The translations under genes and the position numbers were made by a program. 64,000 nt of DNA from a virus: the IMG/VR virus record IMGVR_UViG_3300045988_114753. One strand, written 5' to 3'. Of the stretch, positions 15,431 through 22,414 are shown one piece after another. Positions within the stretch are counted from its first letter, which is position 1. Each line of letters starts with the position of its first letter. Under the pieces are notes generated by a model, which ran no database searches, was not told where the DNA came from, and worked only from the letters and a program-made list of their open reading frames with translations.

Positions 15431-15626
15431 GGCTAATAAAAGCGATGTCTGTGTAGAAGTTACTATACCAGGGCAAGAGGATACAGAATATATAGTCAAC
15501 AAAAATAAAAGTATAGATAACAAACTAGATTATTACTTTCAAACATATGATGATAATTTAGTACATAAACATAATGAAGCAATACGCATAGTTAATGCTA
15601 TAGATTTTTATATGGGAGGTGATTGA
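15390..15626 (+). CDS. hypothetical protein (78 aa; start uncertain)
   Basis: ATG 15390 lies downstream of GAGGAGG. The track start at 15357 lies deep in the previous gene. Confidence 0.5.
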   Translation: MTKKELTIIFMEAKANKSDVCVEVTIPGQEDTEYIVNKNKSIDNKLDYYFQTYDDNLVHKHNEAIRIVNAIDFYMGGD

Positions 15627-15627
15627 T

Positions 15628-15969
15628 TTGAATAAAATCAAAGAGAAATTAAAAAAGATATTTTTTACAGATGAAGATGAAGTGCAGGGCGATGACTTTG
15701 CTACTAAAAGAGAAATGTTCTATTTTGTAGGAATGATAGTTGGTATTGTTGTTTCAATATTTGTCATTTTATTCGCAGCAATTACGATGTCAATGTGTGA
15801 AGATTTAGTTGATGTGATACAAACGGACAAAGCTGAAATAAACAGATTAGGCGACTTAAATGATTATTATTCTGGGGAAGCAGCAAGGTATAAAATGATG
15901 TATGAAGACTTATACGACATTTATGTATTCCCACAAGAACAAAAGGAGGCAGGTGTTTATAATGACTGA
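15628..15969 (+). CDS. membrane protein with one TM segment (about 113 aa; TTG 15628 or GTG 15619)
   Basis: GGGAGG SD at 15614-15619. Hydrophobic FYFVGMIVGIVVSIFVILFAAITM. Confidence 0.55.
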   Translation: MNKIKEKLKKIFFTDEDEVQGDDFATKREMFYFVGMIVGIVVSIFVILFAAITMSMCEDLVDVIQTDKAEINRLGDLNDYYSGEAARYKMMYEDLYDIYVFPQEQKEAGVYND

Positions 15970-16204
15970 AGCAGAAAGATATTACTTTCAAGAATATGTT
16001 AAGGAAGTGTTTCATTACGAGCATCAATGTTCTACTGAAATACTTGCTAGGGTGCTATTATTATGCGAGCTTTTAATTGAAAAGGGTTTAATCACAGACG
16101 CAGAAGTGGCAGAGAAATTAGCTGCTCCAAATGTTGCTGAAATAATGGCGGAATTAAATTATGGTGATGACACGTGGAACCCAGAGGAGGATATTAATGA
16201 TTAA
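15962..16204 (+). CDS. hypothetical protein (80 aa from ATG 15962)
   Basis: ATG 15962 follows AAAGGAGG. Confidence 0.55.
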   Translation: MTEAERYYFQEYVKEVFHYEHQCSTEILARVLLLCELLIEKGLITDAEVAEKLAAPNVAEIMAELNYGDDTWNPEEDIND

Positions 16205-16595
16205 ATTTAAAAGTGAATATTTTGATACTAATAAAAACGCAGTGCACGTTAATGATACTGATGTGCAAGAAATGATTGATGAAGTTTTAGAAAATTTAAT
16301 AGCATCAAGAGAAAAGACAGATTTTTGCTTTCAAGCAACAGGAGATACTTTGGTGGCTGGTGTTAAATGGGAAGCTGAAGGAGAGATTGAAGTAATAGTA
16401 ACTCAAAGGTATAATCACGCTTGTTTGTTAAAAGATAAATATGGTAATTATCAACCTATTGATTGGTTAGAAGAACAAGAAAAAGACGAGTTATCAGATA
16501 GGTCGGTTGATGAATTAGTGGCAGAGATAATGTTATTAAGAAAAGAACTAGAAGACCAAAGAAAACCTCAATATAATCCTAGACGCGAGGTTTAA
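16197..16595 (+). CDS. hypothetical protein (132 aa from ATG 16197)
   Basis: ATG 16197 follows GAGGAGG. Confidence 0.6.
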   Translation: MIKFKSEYFDTNKNAVHVNDTDVQEMIDEVLENLIASREKTDFCFQATGDTLVAGVKWEAEGEIEVIVTQRYNHACLLKDKYGNYQPIDWLEEQEKDELSDRSVDELVAEIMLLRKELEDQRKPQYNPRREV

Positions 16596-16597
16596 AT

Positions 16598-16626
16598 TTG
16601 ACAAAAACAAAATAATGTGCTATTAT
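16598..16626 (+). promoter_or_regulatory. internal sigma-A consensus promoter (TTGACA-17-TATTAT)
   Basis: TTGACA at 16598-16603, 17-nt spacer, TATTAT at 16621-16626. This places the track ATG at 16625 inside the -10 element. Confidence 0.65.
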
Positions 16627-16651
16627 GTATATAATAGGAGGTCTAAAAGAC

Positions 16652-17266
16652 GTGAAAAAATATAGATATTTAGCACTTTATTTTGCTATAATTTTAGTGG
16701 TTTTTACGCAATTTTCTAGTAAAAACATAGAAAAACAAGTGAATTTAGATGCAAAAATAGAAGCTTCTGAAAATGCTATGAAAATTGAAGAAATCGATGA
16801 AAAGGAAGAAGTTGTCGAGGAGCCAATAGTTACGCCCGAACCTGTCAAAGAATATAGATACTATCGTCTTACAAGTTTTTGGGCTAACGATGGCTATGAC
16901 ACAACTAGTTGTACTGGCTCAGGTTTGTGTGAAAATGATTTTTCTGTAAATGATAAAGGCTGGTATACATATAATGGCAAATTGGTATTGGCTGGAGCCA
17001 CATACGAGTGCTTAAATGCTAAACGAGGTTCTTGTGGCAATTGGAATGAACAACGTAGTGACAAAAGATATTATCATTATTACGATACTGTCGAAATTAT
17101 TATAGATGGTTTATCGTATGAAGGCATTATTTTAGATAGTTGTGGTGCTTGTATGTATATTAACGGAGAAGAACGTTTAGACTTATTTGTTAGTGGTAAG
17201 GATTATGCTATTGATAGAGGATATAAAGGTAATAATTCAGTAGCGGTGTTTAAGGAGGAGAGATAG
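16652..17266 (+). CDS. membrane-anchored or secreted 3D-domain (RlpA/MltA-like double-psi beta-barrel) protein
   Basis: GTG 16652 lies 10 nt after TAGGAGG. N-terminal hydrophobic YLALYFAIILVVF. C-terminal pattern YRLTSFW..DG..TSCTGSG ... LVLAGAT ... IILDSCGA ... RLDLFV resembles the 3D domain of cell-wall enzymes. Identified by pattern only. Confidence 0.45.
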   Translation: MKKYRYLALYFAIILVVFTQFSSKNIEKQVNLDAKIEASENAMKIEEIDEKEEVVEEPIVTPEPVKEYRYYRLTSFWANDGYDTTSCTGSGLCENDFSVNDKGWYTYNGKLVLAGATYECLNAKRGSCGNWNEQRSDKRYYHYYDTVEIIIDGLSYEGIILDSCGACMYINGEERLDLFVSGKDYAIDRGYKGNNSVAVFKEER

Positions 17267-17268
17267 AA

Positions 17269-17511
17269 ATGAATTTTATGACTGGAAACGACGGAAAACC
17301 AACAATAGTTTTACCAGAGAGTTATGGTGGCAACTGGTATCCAGCTCAATTAACTTTTGAAAGAAAGCCTTATAGATGTCCAGTGTGTTCTGGTAAAGGG
17401 CTCGTGCCTAATGGTTTTTATAGTTGCACTGGAAACACTATAATATCTACATCTACTGCACCAGAGCAATGTAAATCTTGTAAAGGTACTGGGGTGGTAT
17501 GGAGTGATTGA
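17269..17511 (+). CDS. small protein with two DnaJ-type CxxCxGxG zinc-finger motifs
   Basis: CPVCSGKG and CKSCKGTG. AAGGAGGAG SD. Confidence 0.6.
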   Translation: MNFMTGNDGKPTIVLPESYGGNWYPAQLTFERKPYRCPVCSGKGLVPNGFYSCTGNTIISTSTAPEQCKSCKGTGVVWSD

Positions 17512-17980
17512 TATATATGATATTTCATTTGGATGGGCTGTTTTACAAATTGGTTATTGTGTGTTCAATGCCAGTTACTTAACAGATATTAAATCTGAAT
17601 TAGATTATTTGTTTTTTGATTTGGAAGGCACAGACGAATGTAGTGTTCGTAAAGTAATTTTAGAAGGTGAGAGCCAAGGAGATTTAGCACTAATATCTCA
17701 TTTAACATTTGAAGATGTTAATCAATATTTACCTACATCAAAGCAACGTGATGCTTCTAATAATTATGATTATGTGTTAAATATTATTTGGCAAAGATTA
17801 TATAGTTCTGATGCAAATAGTCTTACTATTATGAAGTTTCCCTACAAGGAATTTTTGGAAGAATATAAAGAGTTGATAAATAATATCAAAGACGATTATA
17901 TTAATGGCTTTATATGCCCAGATAATGATGAAGAATATCGCGAGGCTATGAGTATATATGAAGGAAGAAAGGGTGAATAG
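17504..17980 (+). CDS. hypothetical protein (158 aa)
   Basis: GTG start 6 nt after GGGGTGG; co-directional. Confidence 0.55.
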   Translation: MIDIYDISFGWAVLQIGYCVFNASYLTDIKSELDYLFFDLEGTDECSVRKVILEGESQGDLALISHLTFEDVNQYLPTSKQRDASNNYDYVLNIIWQRLYSSDANSLTIMKFPYKEFLEEYKELINNIKDDYINGFICPDNDEEYREAMSIYEGRKGE

Positions 17981-17982
17981 AA

Positions 17983-19236
17983 ATGAAAAGTTATGAGTTG
18001 CCTTTATCTCCAAATTACGTATGTAATTGGGGTGTCAAAGAGGCTATTAGAGAGTTATTACAGAATGCTATTGATGGTGAACATTGTGGTCATAAGAAGA
18101 GTATCAGGTATAATGAGGAAGAGCGAGTACTATATATTATAAATGAAGATACCAAGTTGCCAAAATCATCTTTAGTGTTAGGATGTTCTAGTAAAGATAG
18201 TATTGATGGTATGATTGGTAAGTTTGGTGAGGGTTATAAATTGGCATTAATAGTGCTATTGAGAAAAGGATTTAAGATAGATATTATTAACGCTGATGAA
18301 GAGTGGAAACCAAGGTTTGCCAACAGTGAAAAGTTTGATACACAAGTATTAACAATAGATGTTGAAAGCTTGTCTACTGAAGACAAGAAGTGTATCAATA
18401 CAGAATTATGTTTTGCTATATATGGTATTGATAAGGAGTTGTATGATGAATTACTTGTATATTTTCCTTGTATTGATGGAGATTATGGCAATATGGTTGA
18501 GTCAGAAAATGGTTATATTTTACTAGAGCCAAAATTTAAAGGCAAAATGTATGTTGAAGGGTTGTATATCCAATCAGATGACAACTTTAAATATGGGTAT
18601 AATTTTAATTCGGATGTTGTTGATTTGGATAGAGATAGAAAGGCTATCAACTATTACGAATTAAGAAGATTGACAGCAGCATCTGTGGTTACAGCAGAAA
18701 CTTGTTGTCCAGAATTATTTAAAGCAATTAGTGATAGTTATACAGACGTTAAAGATATTACTGATGTATTAGATGATGCTAGTGATGATTTTCTACAGCA
18801 ATACAGGGATATGCTTTATGAAGAAAAGGGTTTAGAAGAAAATACTTTGGTAGCAACAGAGTCAGTGATGAGACAATTAGAACAAATGGATGTAGATATG
18901 CCAATAGTAAAAGGTACTGAAATAGAGAGTTATTTGATTGCTAAGGCTAACGATAAATTAGGGTTAATATACCAAGCCAAAGAGGCGGCATCTAAAAAGA
19001 GTGATGAAGATGATGCTTGGCACTATGTTAGAAATTCTAATTGGATGTCTTTAAAGTGTTGGTTTGATAAATATTGCAAACGTATTTCTAAAGAGGGAAA
19101 AGAGCGATTTGCTTCAATAATGAATAGAATGGAACCATCAGATTTATACCACATTAAAAAATATCTGCCAGAGGGCTTTATTTGGACAGAAGAAAATTTT
19201 GATGATTTAGAAGAACAAATTAAAAACCGAACTTAA
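17983..19236 (+). CDS. GHKL-superfamily (Bergerat fold) ATPase-like protein
   Basis: N-box-like IRELLQNAIDG and G-box-like GKFGEGYKLA within the first 90 aa, in the order seen in Hsp90/MutL/MORC-type ATPases. Confidence 0.5.
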   Translation: MKSYELPLSPNYVCNWGVKEAIRELLQNAIDGEHCGHKKSIRYNEEERVLYIINEDTKLPKSSLVLGCSSKDSIDGMIGKFGEGYKLALIVLLRKGFKIDIINADEEWKPRFANSEKFDTQVLTIDVESLSTEDKKCINTELCFAIYGIDKELYDELLVYFPCIDGDYGNMVESENGYILLEPKFKGKMYVEGLYIQSDDNFKYGYNFNSDVVDLDRDRKAINYYELRRLTAASVVTAETCCPELFKAISDSYTDVKDITDVLDDASDDFLQQYRDMLYEEKGLEENTLVATESVMRQLEQMDVDMPIVKGTEIESYLIAKANDKLGLIYQAKEAASKKSDEDDAWHYVRNSNWMSLKCWFDKYCKRISKEGKERFASIMNRMEPSDLYHIKKYLPEGFIWTEENFDDLEEQIKNRT

Positions 19237-19250
19237 TCGTTCGGTTTTTT
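19222..19250. terminator. bidirectional intrinsic terminator shared by convergent genes
   Basis: AAAAACCGAAC-6 nt-GTTCGGTTTTTTT. The stop codons of both convergent genes lie in the loop (19233-19236). Confidence 0.75.
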
Positions 19251-20447
19251 TAACCATTCAAGGAATAATGTTCTCATTCTTTTAGAGGGAATATATACAT
19301 CTATTGGTTTATTATTTCTAATAGCACTTCTATATATGAATTGAACTAATTCAGACAGTGCAAATTTATCTTCAAATTCTTTACCAACGGCAATATTATT
19401 AAATGTAAAGAAGTTTTTAATAGTGGGTTTAAAATATCTATTGCCGATATATGCTATTGCTCTTTTATAGCTATATTCGTTAGTGGCTCTGGAATTGATT
19501 GGAGCAAAACTCTTTGTAAAACCTTTACGCTTAATTGCACCTCTATATTCTTTAAAAGTTGTCCACAGTAATTCTTTACTATTTGCCTTTGTGTGGCTTC
19601 TAAAAAAATTATAAATATTGTTTTGAAGTTTTATCATCTCATAGCTCCTTCTCTTACGAGCAAACCACGATAAAGATAAAGATGTATTTTTATTACCTAT
19701 TTCGTTTAAAGAGGTGTCGCTACATACTCTAATTAAAGATTTTGCTTTAGTATAATCATATACCTGAGGTATTGGTGTAAGCCTATAATTTTTAACATAC
19801 CATTGTGTATATGTTGTTCCAAAGTAATCAAAGTATCTTTTTTGTATTTGTCCGTCAAACATATAAGTTAGCACATATATTTCTTTGAAAGACTTAAATA
19901 CCTTATATGGGAACATCCACATTAAAGATATTATTGTATTGTCTTTATCTGCGTAGGCAAAGACATTATTCATTTTTATCATTTTTTTATATTCATCAAA
20001 AGCACCTTGATAGTGTTCGTCATTCCATTCAGCCATATGGGTTCTAGGATGCACGGTTATCTTATTACTTAGTAATTTTAGGTCTGATTTAGATATTGGC
20101 AGTTCATCAACTACATCTGCAACTTCATCCATAACTAAGATGTAGTCTTGTAGTAATTCGATAGATATAGCCTCTTCGTCAATTTTTTTAAATAATGCGT
20201 GTGTTGTTACAATGTTTTTACTTTCTCTAATTAAAGAAGTTAAGTGTTCTATTTTAGTACCTTTTTTGTCGTTAGGTGTCGGTGATACAAAGTTCTTGTT
20301 TGGGCACGCTTTTTTTATTCTTTCAACTTCACTAAGAAATGGTGTAACAAAAAGATATTTTTGTCCGCTTGTATCTTCATTCATTTTATTTATTAGTGCT
20401 GTTGTTTTACCAATTCCACATCCCGCATCAACTACATTGACTTTCAT
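19233..20447 (-). CDS. P-loop NTPase, helicase-like (Walker A GCGIGKT, DExx-type MDEVAD)
   Basis: N-terminal VDAGCGIGKTT, then LVMDEVADV about 100 aa later. Family not resolved by eye. Confidence 0.5.
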   Translation of the reverse strand: MKVNVVDAGCGIGKTTALINKMNEDTSGQKYLFVTPFLSEVERIKKACPNKNFVSPTPNDKKGTKIEHLTSLIRESKNIVTTHALFKKIDEEAISIELLQDYILVMDEVADVVDELPISKSDLKLLSNKITVHPRTHMAEWNDEHYQGAFDEYKKMIKMNNVFAYADKDNTIISLMWMFPYKVFKSFKEIYVLTYMFDGQIQKRYFDYFGTTYTQWYVKNYRLTPIPQVYDYTKAKSLIRVCSDTSLNEIGNKNTSLSLSWFARKRRSYEMIKLQNNIYNFFRSHTKANSKELLWTTFKEYRGAIKRKGFTKSFAPINSRATNEYSYKRAIAYIGNRYFKPTIKNFFTFNNIAVGKEFEDKFALSELVQFIYRSAIRNNKPIDVYIPSKRMRTLFLEWLKKPND

Positions 20448-21147
20448 CTTTTATCCCTCCTTTATTAACAAACAGTTTTAAAGCTCTTATGATGTCCTCA
20501 TTATTATTTAATGACATTTTATAAAGCAAGTCAAGACCATCATTTTCGTATATGAATTGTATGATTTTATTTTGGCATTTAAAATTTTTACCTTGGCACT
20601 GTAAACATTTACTATTTTTGGTCTTCTTCTCTCCAAAGTATCTAACTCTATCTGGATAGTAATAGCCACACTCATTACATTTTTTCCACCTATCTGTATT
20701 TTTTAGTTTTAAGTCATTTTCAATACACATTACAGACCAAATATCGTAATCTTTTAAGTTTGGTGGAGTGTTGATGTAGAGAGGGTCTAATTCATTAGGG
20801 GTTTTGACATTGAAGAATAAACAAGCTTCATAGAAACCTTTCTCACGGGATGAATAGATATGCTTATTATCAACTCTTCTTATTTCCATATGTCTTAAAA
20901 GATATTTAACACCATTTTCGTTTATAAACCACATCTTAATATTTCTATATGCTCCAGGTCTATTTGGGTTATATTCAAATACTTTCATATAACGAGATAT
21001 AGCACTATCTCTAAAACTAGATACTTTGTCGTATTTACATAATATTTTTGTCAAAAAACTTTTTAGGGGATACCATTTAACCCCCTCTTCATCAGTTAGT
21101 TGGTCTAAGACCTTTTCACCTATATATACTTGCTGTATTGTAAACAT
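20428..21147 (-). CDS. Cys-rich (zinc-ribbon) putative DNA-binding protein (about 239 aa)
   Basis: The track start at 21192 lies inside the -35 element of its own promoter. ATG at 21147 lies 5 nt after GGTGA. Motif CNECGYYYP...CLQCQGKNFKC. Confidence 0.55.
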   Translation of the reverse strand: MFTIQQVYIGEKVLDQLTDEEGVKWYPLKSFLTKILCKYDKVSSFRDSAISRYMKVFEYNPNRPGAYRNIKMWFINENGVKYLLRHMEIRRVDNKHIYSSREKGFYEACLFFNVKTPNELDPLYINTPPNLKDYDIWSVMCIENDLKLKNTDRWKKCNECGYYYPDRVRYFGEKKTKNSKCLQCQGKNFKCQNKIIQFIYENDGLDLLYKMSLNNNEDIIRALKLFVNKGGIKDESQCS

Positions 21148-21163
21148 AATTATCACCATTGTT

Positions 21164-21192
21164 ATTCTAACATATATCTTAAGATTTGTCAA
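21164..21192 (-). promoter_or_regulatory. sigma-A-like promoter (TTGACA-17-TAGAAT)
   Basis: rc of 21187-21192 is TTGACA; rc of 21164-21169 is TAGAAT; 17-nt spacer. Confidence 0.65.
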
Positions 21193-21199
21193 ATTATTA

Positions 21200-21228
21200 T
21201 TGACAAATTCGTATTTTTTTGTTATAAT
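21200..21228 (+). promoter_or_regulatory. sigma-A consensus promoter (TTGACA-17-TGnTATAAT) for the 21.2-27.2 kb operon
   Basis: TTGACA at 21200-21205 and TATAAT at 21223-21228 with TG at 21220-21221. The two divergent -35 boxes form the palindrome TTTGTCAA-N7-TTGACAAA. Confidence 0.75.
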
Positions 21229-21264
21229 ATGTATGTAAGGTAGGATAAAGAGAGGAGGTCTGTG

Positions 21265-21855
21265 ATGACAACTATTTATGTTGATTTTGATAATACAATA
21301 GTCGAGAGTAATCAGAAGATTATTGAGTTATTAAATGAAAGATATGGTTTATCTAAAACAGAAGCAGATTTACTTGATTACGGATACCAATCCATAGCTC
21401 CAATTACCGAAGAAGAAAAAATTGCGTTATTTGAGAGCGATGACTTTTTTAATAATTTAAAATTTAAAAGTGACTTTTTAAAAGTTTTTAATAAATACTG
21501 CGGGCAAGTAGAATTTATTGTTACTACAAAAGGCACTCCGAATAATTTATTAAAAAAAGAAGCCTGGATTAAAGAACACATCCCATATCAGGTGAAATTT
21601 GTTGGTATAACTAATGACAGCCTAAGTAAAAAACAAGTTGATATGTCAGATGGTATACAGATAGATGATTGTACGGCGGCTTTAGACACAAACGCTAGTT
21701 TAAAGATTTTATACAAAGACAATCATAATTTTAGTTGGCAGTCTGATTATAGTAATACAGATATAATGGTTGTAAATAATTGGAAAGAAATAGATGAAAT
21801 AATATCTTTCTATTCCACATATGATTATAAAACATTAAGTAAAAAAGGAGAGTAA
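21265..21855 (+). CDS. HAD-superfamily hydrolase, 5'(3')-deoxyribonucleotidase-like
   Basis: N-terminal IYVDFDNTIV (DxDxT nucleophile motif) and late IQIDDC (DD motif). Size fits NT5C-type nucleotidases. Confidence 0.55.
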   Translation: MTTIYVDFDNTIVESNQKIIELLNERYGLSKTEADLLDYGYQSIAPITEEEKIALFESDDFFNNLKFKSDFLKVFNKYCGQVEFIVTTKGTPNNLLKKEAWIKEHIPYQVKFVGITNDSLSKKQVDMSDGIQIDDCTAALDTNASLKILYKDNHNFSWQSDYSNTDIMVVNNWKEIDEIISFYSTYDYKTLSKKGE

Positions 21856-21858
21856 CAG

Positions 21859-22401
21859 ATGAAGAAAATAATTTTATTTAGTGGTAAAGCAGAAAATGGT
21901 AAAACTACAGCCGCTGAATTATTAAAGGATATTTTGGAGTCTGAAGGTCAAAGTGTTGTCATTACGAGATACGCTTATTACCTAAAGGATTTAGCAAAAA
22001 GATATTGTAATTGGGATGGACAAAAAGATGAGGCTGGTCGTCGTTTATTACAAGTATTAGGGACTGATATTATTAGGCAAAAATTAAACAAGCCAAATTT
22101 TCACGTTGGTGGAATTTGTGAAGATATAGAGATATGCCAAGATTGCGTGGATTATGTTTTAATTGATGATACAAGATTTGAAAATGAGATATATTATCCA
22201 AAGGCTATGTTTGGTGATAAGGTGGTAGCAATAAGAGTAATAAGAACTACGCCAGATTTTCATTCGCATCTTAGTGAAGAGCAACTAAATCATAGAAGTG
22301 AGACGGCATTAGATAACTTTAAAGGTTTTGACTTCGTGGTTGAAGCGAAGGATATTGATGAATTAAAGTCTGCTATGCAAGAATTAAGTAAATCTATTTA
22401 G
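21859..22401 (+). CDS. deoxynucleoside monophosphate kinase
   Basis: P-loop SGKAENGKTT. RRLLQVLGTDII closely matches the RRLMQALGTDLI segment I recall from T4 gp1. LIDDTRFENE fits the family. Confidence 0.7.
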   Translation: MKKIILFSGKAENGKTTAAELLKDILESEGQSVVITRYAYYLKDLAKRYCNWDGQKDEAGRRLLQVLGTDIIRQKLNKPNFHVGGICEDIEICQDCVDYVLIDDTRFENEIYYPKAMFGDKVVAIRVIRTTPDFHSHLSEEQLNHRSETALDNFKGFDFVVEAKDIDELKSAMQELSKSI

Positions 22402-22414
22402 GAGGAGTGATAAC

